From NCBI RefSeq assembly GCF_053078305.1, contig NZ_CP166875.1: DNA of 64,000 nt. One strand, given 5' to 3'. Positions 47,158 to 57,131 of the stretch are shown piece by piece. Both the position numbers and the translations under genes were made by a program. The notes beneath the pieces are model-generated. The model made no database searches. It was given only the letters and a program-made list of their open reading frames with translations, and had not been told where the DNA came from. This stretch comes from a plasmid. The stretch's first letter is position 1. Every line of letters starts with the position of its first letter.

Positions 47158-47415
47158 ATGAAAGTCATATTCACGTCGAATCGTCTTGTTGATTTTCTTA
47201 TCCGGCTTGTTATTACAGCAATTGTCATTTCCCCGGTAATTATCTGGTCGTGGGATACGGTAAAAGAAACCACGGCAGGCGGGGTGCTTGCTGCTGCTTT
47301 CATTATCCTTTACTCCGGTGTGCTCCTGTTTATTCTGTATGGTTGTTTTTCTGCACTGGCTGACCTGCAGAAACCTGATGAAAGAAAAAGTGATGAAAGG
47401 AATGAAGATGAATAA
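47158..47415 (+). CDS. trbE: TrbE
   Basis: 85-aa membrane ORF in expected position. Confidence 0.8.
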   Translation: MKVIFTSNRLVDFLIRLVITAIVISPVIIWSWDTVKETTAGGVLAAAFIILYSGVLLFILYGCFSALADLQKPDERKSDERNEDE

Positions 47416-48151
47416 AGCATTACTGCCGCTGTTACTCTGCTGCTTTATTTTTCCGGCGTCAGGGAAAGATGCAGGCTGGCAGTGGTATAACGAGAAAATA
47501 AATCCGAAGGAAAAAGAAAATAAACCAGTACCAGCAGCTCCCCGTCAGGAGCCGGATATTATGCAGAAACTGACCGCGCTGCAGACGGCAACAAAGCGGG
47601 CGCTGTACGAAGCCATTCTGTATCCCGGCGTGGATAATTTTGTGAAATATTTCCGGCTGCAGAATTACTGGACTCAGCAGGCCGGGCTTTTCACCATGAG
47701 CGCCAAAAAGGCCATGCTGGCACATCCTGAACTGGACTATAACCTGCAGTACAGCCATTACAACGGCACGGTACGGAACCAGCTGGCAGCAGACCAGGCG
47801 CAGCAGCGACAGGCGATTGCCAGACTGGCAGAGCATTACGGCATTATGTTTTTTTACCGGGGGCAGGACCCCATCGACGGGCAGCTGGCGCAGGTCATTA
47901 ATGGCTTCCGGGATACGTATGGTCTGAGTGTTATTCCCGTTTCCGTGGATGGCGTGATTAATCCACTATTGCCGGATTCCCGGACTGACCAGGGGCAGGC
48001 GCAGCGCCTCGGCGTGAAATATTTCCCGGCCATGATGCTGGTAGACCCGAAACAGGGCAGTGTTCGTCCATTATCATACGGCTTTATTTCGCAGGATGAC
48101 CTGGCAAAACAGTTCCTGAACGTATCTGAAGATTTTAAACCGAATTTTTAA
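47408..48151 (+). CDS. traF: Pilus assembly protein TraF (thioredoxin-like)
   Basis: Translation from MNKALLPLLLCCFIFPASGKDAGWQWYNEKINP recognised as TraF. Confidence 0.92.
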   Translation: MNKALLPLLLCCFIFPASGKDAGWQWYNEKINPKEKENKPVPAAPRQEPDIMQKLTALQTATKRALYEAILYPGVDNFVKYFRLQNYWTQQAGLFTMSAKKAMLAHPELDYNLQYSHYNGTVRNQLAADQAQQRQAIARLAEHYGIMFFYRGQDPIDGQLAQVINGFRDTYGLSVIPVSVDGVINPLLPDSRTDQGQAQRLGVKYFPAMMLVDPKQGSVRPLSYGFISQDDLAKQFLNVSEDFKPNF

Positions 48152-48164
48152 CCAAAGGATATAT

Positions 48165-48506
48165 ATGCATACAGGGGATTTGTGTTTTTTTACAGGTGCC
48201 AGCCTGTTTATCGTGGGGGGTGTTGGTTATTTCTTTACAGGACCAAATAATAAAGGAGTTTATCTGCTGAGCTCGTTTGTCTTCTTTGTAGTAAATGTCA
48301 TAAGTGTATGTGTGCTGCCAGATAATTTCTTGTTTCTTTGTGGTGCGGTTATGAATCAGTGTGCCGTACCCGTTGTTTCAATGGCAGTCGGTACCATTCC
48401 GGTTATCACGAAGTTCGAGAGGTTCAGAAGAATATTTGTCTGTATTATGTTGTCATCAGCATGGTCAGGAGTAATGTGGTTTTTTATTATTTCATTAGTG
48501 AAATGA
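48165..48506 (+). CDS. trbA: TrbA
   Basis: 113-aa membrane ORF between traF and traQ. Confidence 0.7.
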   Translation: MHTGDLCFFTGASLFIVGGVGYFFTGPNNKGVYLLSSFVFFVVNVISVCVLPDNFLFLCGAVMNQCAVPVVSMAVGTIPVITKFERFRRIFVCIMLSSAWSGVMWFFIISLVK

Positions 48507-48831
48507 CTGGTGCTAATTTGTCATAAATGACAAATCCAATAGTGAGGTTGATTACCACAGACCAGAGGATAAACCAGACTGCTATCCAGTGACTTCTGAA
48601 TAATTCACAAAAATAAACATAGATGATTAGAAATAGCCATATCACAACAGCGATGATTGCTATAAATAACAGTATCGTCACAAATAAATCAGCAAAGGTT
48701 TTAATGGGGAAGGAATGCAATAATGAATACACCAGTAAAGCAAAAGCCGCATTACCTGATAATGACTCTCTTATGATGTTTCTCACTATTTCCAGTTTTT
48801 CTTTGAAAGATAACTTTTTCATATAACACAC
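48487..48831 (-). CDS. artA: ArtA (antisense-oriented ORF within the tra operon)
   Basis: 114-aa hydrophobic ORF on the opposite strand at the position of artA in F. Confidence 0.6.
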   Translation of the reverse strand: MCYMKKLSFKEKLEIVRNIIRESLSGNAAFALLVYSLLHSFPIKTFADLFVTILLFIAIIAVVIWLFLIIYVYFCELFRSHWIAVWFILWSVVINLTIGFVIYDKLAPVISLMK

Positions 48832-48903
48832 TGATTAATTTCACGAAAGTTAAGCAGGTTATATACGTGAATAAATTCATGTAAACCACAACAGGATATT
48901 CAA

Positions 48904-49194
48904 ATGATAAGTAAACACAGATTCTCTTTACCCCGACTGGATATTACGGGGATGTGGGTATTTTCCCTGGGTGTCTGGTTCCATATTGTTGCCCGTCTGG
49001 TTTACAGAAAACCCTGGATGGCTTTCTTTCTGGCAGAGCTTATTGCAGCCATTCTCGTTCTGTTTGGCGCATACCAGATACTGGATACATGGATAGCCCG
49101 CGTCAGTCAGGAAGAGCGTGAGGCACTGGAAGTCAGACAGCAGTTGTTACTGAGAGAACGGAAGGATAATGATGATGAACATGTTTCCCGTTAA
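48904..49194 (+). CDS. traQ: Pilin chaperone TraQ
   Basis: 96-aa ORF recognised as TraQ. Confidence 0.88.
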   Translation: MISKHRFSLPRLDITGMWVFSLGVWFHIVARLVYRKPWMAFFLAELIAAILVLFGAYQILDTWIARVSQEEREALEVRQQLLLRERKDNDDEHVSR

Positions 49195-49726
49195 ATCGCT
49201 GTCCGTTGTCCTGCTTTTTCTGGCCAGCTGTACACAGGCATCCACACGTGCGGAAATCGAGCGACTCTGGCATCCGGAGGGAATGGCAGCACGGACAACT
49301 CAGCCGGCAGCAGACGCACAGGTGCGACAGGAGAAAGCAGCAACCCGCTGGTTCCGCCTCAGCAACGGAACTCAGGTCAATCTTGCTGACTGGAAAGTGG
49401 TGCTGTTCATGCAAGGGCGATGTCCGTACTGTCACCAGTTTGACCCGGTACTGAAACAACTGGCGCTGCAGTACGGATTTTCCGTATTTCCCTATACCCT
49501 GGATGGTCAGGGTGATACGGCCTTTCCGCAGGCGTTACCTGCACCACCGGATGTACTGAAAACATTCTTCCCGAATATCCCGGTGGCCACACCGACCACC
49601 TTCCTGGTCAACGTCAACACGCTTGAGGCATTACCGCTTTTACAGGGGGCAACGGATGCCGCCGGTTTTATGGCGCGGATGGATACCGTTCTGCAGATGT
49701 ACGGAGGGAAAAAAGGTGCGAAATAA
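49169..49726 (+). CDS. trbB: Periplasmic thiol:disulfide isomerase TrbB
   Basis: Signal peptide plus thioredoxin motif CPYC. Confidence 0.9.
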   Translation: MMMNMFPVKSLSVVLLFLASCTQASTRAEIERLWHPEGMAARTTQPAADAQVRQEKAATRWFRLSNGTQVNLADWKVVLFMQGRCPYCHQFDPVLKQLALQYGFSVFPYTLDGQGDTAFPQALPAPPDVLKTFFPNIPVATPTTFLVNVNTLEALPLLQGATDAAGFMARMDTVLQMYGGKKGAK

Positions 49727-49940
49727 GCAGGTGGTGTTACTCATTGCCGGAATATCCGGCGTCGCGACGGGAATAATCGTCAGCCTGAATATCCCCTTTA
49801 TCCGTCAGGGACTTTTTTATCCCGCCAGCCCTGCAGAAATTGTCGTTTCGCTGTGTCTTACCTTTTCTGTTTCTGTTGTGTTTTTGTGGGGGCAATTGTG
49901 GGATGGATTTCAGTATCTGAAATATATTACAGCCGCATGA
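49623..49940 (+). CDS. trbJ: TrbJ (start uncertain, possibly GTG near 49713)
   Basis: Membrane ORF in expected position. Confidence 0.6.
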   Translation: MRHYRFYRGQRMPPVLWRGWIPFCRCTEGKKVRNKQVVLLIAGISGVATGIIVSLNIPFIRQGLFYPASPAEIVVSLCLTFSVSVVFLWGQLWDGFQYLKYITAA

Positions 49941-49949
49941 ACGGTCTGA

Positions 49950-50375
49950 ATGAATCATCAGAAATATCAGAGGAAACTTATAATGAAAGAAAAAAGAAAT
50001 GATGCGGAACAAAAAAACAGAAAAACTAAACGGGATTATGATTATGAACGCAGGGTTTCTGATATATATTTTGATCTGTTTTTTGTGTTCGTTGCTGCCG
50101 GAACTTTTTTATGGGTGATTATGCACAGTATTTTTGATGCCTGTATTGATTCGTGGAAAGCGGACCCGAAATTACTTAATTTCCACTATATGTGGAACAT
50201 CCTGATGTATGTCATTCCGTATACGTTATGGGCGTTTGCAGGTGGATTTCTTATCGTATACGTCAGGAACCCTTTAAATGAATTAATAAACGGGGGGATC
50301 AGGATATTCCGGCTGAAACGCCGTATGCGCCGGGATAACAAATTAAGGGAGGGTGGCAATAATGCTTCGCATTAA
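49950..50375 (+). CDS. trbF: TrbF
   Basis: Membrane ORF in expected position. Confidence 0.7.
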   Translation: MNHQKYQRKLIMKEKRNDAEQKNRKTKRDYDYERRVSDIYFDLFFVFVAAGTFLWVIMHSIFDACIDSWKADPKLLNFHYMWNILMYVIPYTLWAFAGGFLIVYVRNPLNELINGGIRIFRLKRRMRRDNKLREGGNNASH

Positions 50376-51735
50376 ACCTCTTCTGGTTCTTTGTGCCGCT
50401 TTACTGACGGTCACACCTGCAGCGTCAGCGGATGTGAACAGCGACATGAACCAGTTCTTCAACAAGCTGGGCTTTGCCACCAATACCACCCAGGCCGGAG
50501 TCTGGCAGGGGCAGGCTGCCGGGTATGCCTATGGCGGTTCTCTGTATGCCCGTAATCAGGTCAGAAATATCCAGCTTATCTCCATGACACTGCCCGACAT
50601 CAATGCAGGGTGTGGTGGCATCGATGCCTATCTCGGCTCATTCAGTTTTATTAATGGCGAGCAGCTGCAGCGTTTTGTTAAGCAGATTATGAGTAACGCG
50701 ATGGGGTACTTTTTTGACCTTGCCCTGCAGACAACGGTGCCCGAAATCAAAACCGCGAAAGACTTCCTGCAGAAGATGGCGAATGACATTAACAGTATGA
50801 ACCTCAGCTCCTGTCAGGTGGCACAGGGGATTGTCGGAGGATTATTTCCTCAGACTCAGGTGTCACAGCAGAAGGTCTGTCAGGATATTGCAGGTGAGAG
50901 CAATATTTTCGCCGACTGGGCCGCGTCCCGTCAGGGCTGCACGGTTGGGGGGCAGTCATCGTCTGTTCGTGACAAGGCCAGTGACAAAGATAAGGAACGG
51001 GTGCTGAAGAACATAAATATCATCTGGGACTCGCTGTCCAAAAACAGGATGCTTGATGGTAACAAAGAGCTGAAAGAGTTCATTATGACGCTCACAGGTA
51101 CGCTGATTTTTGGTGAAGACAGCGAGATTACCCCCCTGCCGGCGCGTACCACTGACCGCGATATCCTCCGGGCGATTATGGAGGGGGGAACGGCAAAAAT
51201 TTACCACTGCAACGATTCGGACAAGTGTCTGAAGGTGGTGGCGGATGCAAATGTGACCATCGCCCGGGATAAAGCCCTGAAATCACAGATTACAAAACTG
51301 CTCACCAGTATTCAGAATAAAGCCGTGAGTGACACTCCGCTGGATGACAGGGAAAAAGGCTTCATTTCCAGCACCACCGTCCCCGTCTTTAAATATCTTA
51401 TTGACCCGCAGATGCTCGGTGTGTCCAGCAGCGTGGTTTACCAGCTGACGGACTATATCGGCTACGACATCATGCTCCAGTACATTCAGGAACTGCTTCA
51501 GCAGGCCCGGGCCATGATTGCCACCGGGAACTATCCACAGACCGTGCTGGACAGTGTGCTGGAGAATCTGAATCAGGCACAGCAACAGATTGCGGTTTTC
51601 CAGGGGCAGGTAAAGGTCCAGCAGGATGCACTGCTGGTTGTTGACCGTCAGATGAGCTACATGCGCCAGCAGCTGTCCGCCCGTATGCTCAGCCGTTACC
51701 AGAACAACTATCACTTCGGAGGGAGCACGCTGTGA
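50353..51735 (+). CDS. traH: Pilus assembly protein TraH
   Basis: 460-aa ORF with signal peptide, gene order. Confidence 0.92.
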   Translation: MAIMLRIKPLLVLCAALLTVTPAASADVNSDMNQFFNKLGFATNTTQAGVWQGQAAGYAYGGSLYARNQVRNIQLISMTLPDINAGCGGIDAYLGSFSFINGEQLQRFVKQIMSNAMGYFFDLALQTTVPEIKTAKDFLQKMANDINSMNLSSCQVAQGIVGGLFPQTQVSQQKVCQDIAGESNIFADWAASRQGCTVGGQSSSVRDKASDKDKERVLKNINIIWDSLSKNRMLDGNKELKEFIMTLTGTLIFGEDSEITPLPARTTDRDILRAIMEGGTAKIYHCNDSDKCLKVVADANVTIARDKALKSQITKLLTSIQNKAVSDTPLDDREKGFISSTTVPVFKYLIDPQMLGVSSSVVYQLTDYIGYDIMLQYIQELLQQARAMIATGNYPQTVLDSVLENLNQAQQQIAVFQGQVKVQQDALLVVDRQMSYMRQQLSARMLSRYQNNYHFGGSTL

Positions 51736-54575
51736 ATGAAGTCTATGTGATTGCCGGTGGTGAGTGGTTGCGCAATAACCTGAACGCCATTGCCGCTTTT
51801 ATGGGGACCCGGACGTGGGATTCCATTGAAAAAATTGCGCTCACATTATCTGTTCTCGCAGTGGCTGTGATGTGGGTACAACGGCACAACGTGATGGATT
51901 TGCTGGGCTGGGTGGCCGTGTTTGTGCTTATCAGCCTGCTGGTTAATGTCCGCACATCGGTGCAGATTATTGATAACAGTGACCTGGTTAAGGTTCACCG
52001 GGTGGACAATGTGCCGGTCGGTCTGGCGATGCCACTTTCACTGACGACCCGTATCGGGCATGCGATGGTGGCCGGCTATGAGATGGTGTTCGCTCAGCCG
52101 GACAGCGCCACCTACAGCAAGACAGGCATGCTGTTCGGGGCGAACCTGATTGTGAAAAGCACCGATTTCCTGTCCCGGAATCCGGAAATCATCAATCTGT
52201 TTCAGGACTACGTCCAGAACTGCGTGCTGGGTGATATTTACCTGAACCATAAATACACGCTGGAAGACCTGATGGCCTCCTCTGACCCGTACACCATAAT
52301 CTTTTCTCAGCCCAGCCCTTTACGTCAGGTGCCGAATAATAATTACAGTTTTCTGCAAAGCTCAGAGCCGTTTGTGTCCTGTAAGGACGCATCCGTCGGA
52401 CTGAAGGATAAGCTGAATTTTGATACGAATACCGGAGGCAAGACCTGGAATTATTATGTGCAGCAGATATTTGGCGGCAGGCCGGACCCTGACCTGTTAT
52501 TCAGACAACTGGTGAGTGACAGTTACAGTTATTTCTACGGCTCCAGCCAGTCTGCCAGCCAGATTATGCGCCAGAACGTCACCATGAATGCCCTGAAAGA
52601 GGGTATCACCAGTAATGCGGCCCGTAACGGTGATACCGCCAGCCTGGTGAATCTGGCCACCACCTCATCGATGGAGAAACAGCGTCTGGCACATGTCTCC
52701 ATTGGTCATGTGCTGATGCGAAACCTGCCGATGGTACAGACCATTCTGGTGGGCATTACTATTGGTATCTTCCCGCTCCTGGTGCTGGCTGCGGTCTTCA
52801 ACAAACTGACGCTGTCCGTCCTGAAAGGCTATGTGTTTGCCCTGATGTGGTTCCAGACTTGGCCGTTGCTGTATGCCATCCTGAACAGTGCCATGACATT
52901 CTATGCGAAGCAGAACGGGGCTCCGGTCGTGCTCTCTGAACTCTCTCAGATACAGCTGAAATACTCCGACCTGGCATCAACCGCAGGTTATCTTTCAGCA
53001 ATGATCCCCCCTCTGTCATGGATGATGGTACGAGGCCTTGGTGCCGGATTTTCCAGCGTATACAGCCACTTTGCGTCTTCTTCCATCACGCCAACCGCCA
53101 GTGCGGCAGGCAGTGTGGTTGACGGTAATTACTCCTACGGCAACATGCAGACGAATAACGTGAACGGCTTCAGCTGGAGCACCAACAGCACCACGTCATT
53201 TGGTCAGATGACGCACCAGACCGGTAGTGGTGCAACCGCCACGCAGACCCGTGACGGCAGTATGGTGATGGACGCCAGTGGGGCAATGTCCCGTTTGCCG
53301 GTTGGTATTAATGCAACGCGTCAGATTGCAGCAGCGCAACAGGAAATGGCCCGGGAGTCGATGAATAAGGCGGAAAGTGCCCTGCATGGTTTCAGCAGCA
53401 GTATTGCCAGTGCCTGGAACACACTCAGCCAGTTTGGCTCTAACCGGGGAAGCAGTGATTCAGTCACCAGTGGCGCTGACAGCACGATGAGCGCGCAGGA
53501 CTCCATGATGGCCAGCCGTATGCGCAGTGCGGTGGAAAGCTATGCGAAGGCGCATAATATCAGCGATGAGCAGGCGACAAGAGAACTGGCATCCAGAAGT
53601 ACGAGAGGTTCTGCGGGGATGTATGGTGATGCTCATGCTGAATGGGGGGTTAAACCTAAAATTCTTGGTGTTGGTGGTGGCGCAGGTGTCAGAGGTGGTG
53701 GTAGGACAAGTATTGACTGGAATGATGAGGATGCGCATCAGGCCAGCAGTGGTTCACGGGCCAGCCATGATGCCCGTCATGATATTGATGCCAGAGCTAC
53801 ACAAGACTTTAAAGAAGCAAGCGATTACTTTACCAGTCGCAAGGTCAGTGAATCCGGCAGCCATACTGACAATAATGCCGATTCCAGGGTGGACCAGCTT
53901 TCTGCAGCCCTGAACTCAGCGAAACAGAGTTACGACCAGTACACGACGAATATGACCCGCAGCCATGAATATGCTGAAATGGCCTCCCGTACTGAAAGCA
54001 TGAGTGGGCAGATGAGTGAAGACCTGTCACAACAGTTTGCACAGTATGTGATGAAACACGCGCCGCAGGATGCAGAAGCTATTCTGACAAACACCAGTTC
54101 ACCGGAGATTGCAGAACGTCGTCGGGCAATGGCCTGGTCTTTTGTTCAGGAACAGGTACAGCCTGGTGTTGATAACGCCTGGCGTGAATCCCGTGGCGAT
54201 ATCGGTAAAGGAATGGAGAGCGTACCTTCGGGCGGTGGCAGCCAGGATATTATTGCAGACCATCAGGGGCATCAGGGTATTATTGAGCAAAGAACGCAGG
54301 ACAGTAATATCCGTAACGATGTGAAGCAGCAGGTTGATAATATGGTCACAGAATATCGGGGCAATATCGGGGATACTCAGAACAGCATCCACGGCGAGGA
54401 AAATATTGTAAGAGGGCAGTATTCTGAACTGCAAAATCACCATAAAACAGAGGCATTATCTCAGAATAATAAATATAATGAAGAAAAATCAGCTCAGGAA
54501 GGAATGCCCGGTGCTGACAGCCCACAGGAACTTATGAACAGGGCAAAAGAGTATCAGGATAAGTATAAGCAATAA
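51732..54575 (+). CDS. traG: Mating-pair stabilization / entry-exclusion determinant TraG
   Basis: 947-aa ORF with N-terminal polytopic membrane domain, gene order. Confidence 0.93.
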   Translation: MNEVYVIAGGEWLRNNLNAIAAFMGTRTWDSIEKIALTLSVLAVAVMWVQRHNVMDLLGWVAVFVLISLLVNVRTSVQIIDNSDLVKVHRVDNVPVGLAMPLSLTTRIGHAMVAGYEMVFAQPDSATYSKTGMLFGANLIVKSTDFLSRNPEIINLFQDYVQNCVLGDIYLNHKYTLEDLMASSDPYTIIFSQPSPLRQVPNNNYSFLQSSEPFVSCKDASVGLKDKLNFDTNTGGKTWNYYVQQIFGGRPDPDLLFRQLVSDSYSYFYGSSQSASQIMRQNVTMNALKEGITSNAARNGDTASLVNLATTSSMEKQRLAHVSIGHVLMRNLPMVQTILVGITIGIFPLLVLAAVFNKLTLSVLKGYVFALMWFQTWPLLYAILNSAMTFYAKQNGAPVVLSELSQIQLKYSDLASTAGYLSAMIPPLSWMMVRGLGAGFSSVYSHFASSSITPTASAAGSVVDGNYSYGNMQTNNVNGFSWSTNSTTSFGQMTHQTGSGATATQTRDGSMVMDASGAMSRLPVGINATRQIAAAQQEMARESMNKAESALHGFSSSIASAWNTLSQFGSNRGSSDSVTSGADSTMSAQDSMMASRMRSAVESYAKAHNISDEQATRELASRSTRGSAGMYGDAHAEWGVKPKILGVGGGAGVRGGGRTSIDWNDEDAHQASSGSRASHDARHDIDARATQDFKEASDYFTSRKVSESGSHTDNNADSRVDQLSAALNSAKQSYDQYTTNMTRSHEYAEMASRTESMSGQMSEDLSQQFAQYVMKHAPQDAEAILTNTSSPEIAERRRAMAWSFVQEQVQPGVDNAWRESRGDIGKGMESVPSGGGSQDIIADHQGHQGIIEQRTQDSNIRNDVKQQVDNMVTEYRGNIGDTQNSIHGEENIVRGQYSELQNHHKTEALSQNNKYNEEKSAQEGMPGADSPQELMNRAKEYQDKYKQ

Positions 54576-54590
54576 TGCTGGGTTTGGGAG

Positions 54591-55094
54591 ATGATAATGA
54601 AAAATTTAGCTCATGTTGCTCTGATAACTGTGATACAGCTCATTGCCTGTAATCTGGCTGATTGGGGGGGCGCTGAGACAGTTTTTATCCTGTGCTTTAT
54701 TGTACTATGGCAGGGATTGTTTATATGGTTGTTTTCTCAAATACGAAAAAAACGGCATGTGTCGGATGAGTTTAAATTCAGTAAAGGCGTTTGGTATATA
54801 CTGATGCCAGTATCTTCTTTATTCTCTCCGTTATTAAGCCTGATGACTTTTATCATTGGTACACTATACGAATTAAGGCGAGTTTGTGGTTGTGTAAGTG
54901 TAAGAGAATGGATGCAATCTCAGGTAAATGAAAACACCAATGAAGAATTGCATCTGGATTTTGATGATGTGAATTTTGATTATGTGGATTTTTATCGTAC
55001 TAATCCGGCAACAGGATTAGCTATGCATGGAGGATTTGATTCAGCAGGAAATACTTTTGGGACTTGTTGGCAGGACTATGATGATAGGCGATAA
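54591..55094 (+). CDS. traS: Entry exclusion inner-membrane protein TraS
   Basis: Hydrophobic low-GC ORF between traG and traT. Confidence 0.75.
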   Translation: MIMKNLAHVALITVIQLIACNLADWGGAETVFILCFIVLWQGLFIWLFSQIRKKRHVSDEFKFSKGVWYILMPVSSLFSPLLSLMTFIIGTLYELRRVCGCVSVREWMQSQVNENTNEELHLDFDDVNFDYVDFYRTNPATGLAMHGGFDSAGNTFGTCWQDYDDRR

Positions 55095-55122
55095 GAAAAC
55101 TGTAGCTTGTAATAAAGGTAAT

Positions 55123-55857
55123 TTGATGAAAACAAAAAAATTGATGATGGTTACCCTGGTCAGTTCCACTCTGGTCCTTTCAGGGTGTGGTGCGATGAGC
55201 ACAGCAATCAAGAAGCGTAATCTTGAAGTCAAAACTCAGATGAGTGAAACCATCTGGCTGGAGCCTTCCAGTGAACGCACCGTTTTCCTGCAAATCAAAA
55301 ACACATCTGACAAGGATATGAGTGGATTGCAGGCAAAAATCAGTGATGCCGTTAAAGCCAAAGGCTACCAGGTTGTGACCTCACCTGACAAGGCATACTA
55401 CTGGATCCAGGCCAATGTCCTGAAGGCAGACAAAATGGATTTGCGGGAGTCCCAGACCTGGCTGAACAGCGGTTATGAAGGTGCCATTGCCGGTGCAGCA
55501 TTGGGCACCGGCATCACAGGATATAACTCCAGCTCTGCCGGTGCGGCGCTGGGTGTAGGGATTGCCACAGGGTTGATTGGTATGGCTGCCGATGCAATGG
55601 TGGAGGATATCAACTACACCATGATCACGGATGTGCAGATTGCAGAGCGGACAACATCTAAAGTCAGAACTGATAATGTTGCTGCTCTCCGCCAGGGAAC
55701 CTCCGGTGCAAAAGTGCAGACCAGCACATCAACCGGAAATCAACATAAATACCAGACCCGTGTGGTATCTAATGCCAACAAGGTTAACCTGAAATTTGAA
55801 GAAGCGAAGCCTGTACTGGAAGACCAGCTGGCTAAATCCATCGCGAACATCCTGTAA
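55123..55857 (+). CDS. traT: Surface exclusion / serum resistance lipoprotein TraT
   Basis: Translation [47 protein letters not shown] recognised as TraT. Confidence 0.95.
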   Translation: MMKTKKLMMVTLVSSTLVLSGCGAMSTAIKKRNLEVKTQMSETIWLEPSSERTVFLQIKNTSDKDMSGLQAKISDAVKAKGYQVVTSPDKAYYWIQANVLKADKMDLRESQTWLNSGYEGAIAGAALGTGITGYNSSSAGAALGVGIATGLIGMAADAMVEDINYTMITDVQIAERTTSKVRTDNVAALRQGTSGAKVQTSTSTGNQHKYQTRVVSNANKVNLKFEEAKPVLEDQLAKSIANIL

Positions 55858-55880
55858 ATTACCCATCCGGCCCGGACAGA

Positions 55881-56177
55881 TTGTACCGGGCCGATATTCC
55901 TGCCCCGGATGAATACATGAACCGTGCAGAATCTCGTCTCTCGCAGGTACTCTTTCTGCTGGGCTATGACAGTGAAAAGTATCCTGAGCATGTATGTCGG
56001 GAGTTATTAAAAGAACTTTACCGGTTTGCTGATGCAACCGGAGATTCTGAACTGGCCATAGCCTGCCAGAGATACCTGACAGCACTGGAACCGTTCTCTG
56101 CATATGAGATCGGCGTAAGCGCAACAGAATATCTTCCTGTGAGTGAATATCCGACCGGACGTCGCAGAAGAAAATAG
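55881..56177 (+). CDS. Hypothetical protein, 98 aa (between traT and traD)
   Basis: ORF only. Confidence 0.45.
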   Translation: MYRADIPAPDEYMNRAESRLSQVLFLLGYDSEKYPEHVCRELLKELYRFADATGDSELAIACQRYLTALEPFSAYEIGVSATEYLPVSEYPTGRRRRK

Positions 56178-56344
56178 CTGACGCCTCGCGTTGCTCGTTG
56201 TCCAACCCCGGGAAGTAACAAAATAAATTTTGTCACTTCCCGGCGTTTCCGAAATAAATATGAGAACACTGAACGGTTGTGCAAATTCTTTGTGCGACCG
56301 TGAAGTGTTGCCGGCGAAGCCGGAAGCTTCCGGAGAAAGTCATT

Positions 56345-57076
56345 ATGACATCAGACAATATCGCTGAATATGTTGGTGAGAATAATCAATTTACTGAGAA
56401 GCCTGTAACTGAATACTCCCCGGTGATACAGGATAATACAGCGACCACAAAAGATTATCTGTACAGCAATAATATTGATACTGACCTTTTAGTGGTTATC
56501 GGAGGGCTTATTGTTATATTGTTTCTCATGATGCTTGTCATGTACTTTATTAATTCTCTCAGGCATAAGGAATTAACTGAAATACTGACAAAAATATCTT
56601 TTCCTGAGAAATCCGGGAGCAATCCGCTTAAGCCGGAAGAGGGCCGCTGTAATTTGTTGTCCCTGTGTGTGCTGGCCCCGGTATTCTGTACCCCCAAAAA
56701 ACTGGCAGAAGTCTCCAGACAGATCATCGTGACCAGTGCGAAGGAAATTGCCTGGACGCCCGGGAGTAGCCGTATTGATGGTGAGCAGGAAGAAAATATT
56801 ACCTGGTCTCTGTCGTCACAGACTCATGCCGATAAATACGATCTCATCAATAAAACATCCCGTGTTTCTCCTGACAGTGGCCACTTTTATGAACCGGGCA
56901 CGGCTCTGGATTATCGTGAGCGGGTACGCCTTTTTGTTCAGATCCAGTATTCACACGAGAGTGACTGGTCTGAAATATTGCGCCTGACTGATATCGTGCT
57001 GGAAAAAGTTTCTTCCGGCAGACCAGCAGGCGGCTATCACCACCGGTATACAGGGTATACATGGTTTGTTCTGTGA
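56345..57076 (+). CDS. Hypothetical single-pass membrane protein, about 243 aa (between traT and traD)
   Basis: ORF 56279..57076; start MTSDNIAEYVGEN at 56345; TM helix LLVVIGGLIVILFLMMLVMYFI. Confidence 0.55.
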   Translation: MTSDNIAEYVGENNQFTEKPVTEYSPVIQDNTATTKDYLYSNNIDTDLLVVIGGLIVILFLMMLVMYFINSLRHKELTEILTKISFPEKSGSNPLKPEEGRCNLLSLCVLAPVFCTPKKLAEVSRQIIVTSAKEIAWTPGSSRIDGEQEENITWSLSSQTHADKYDLINKTSRVSPDSGHFYEPGTALDYRERVRLFVQIQYSHESDWSEILRLTDIVLEKVSSGRPAGGYHHRYTGYTWFVL

Positions 57077-57131
57077 ATGTATTCCACACCGCTCTTTTCT
57101 GCTCTGTACCTGACTTTACCGGAGTTTCATC

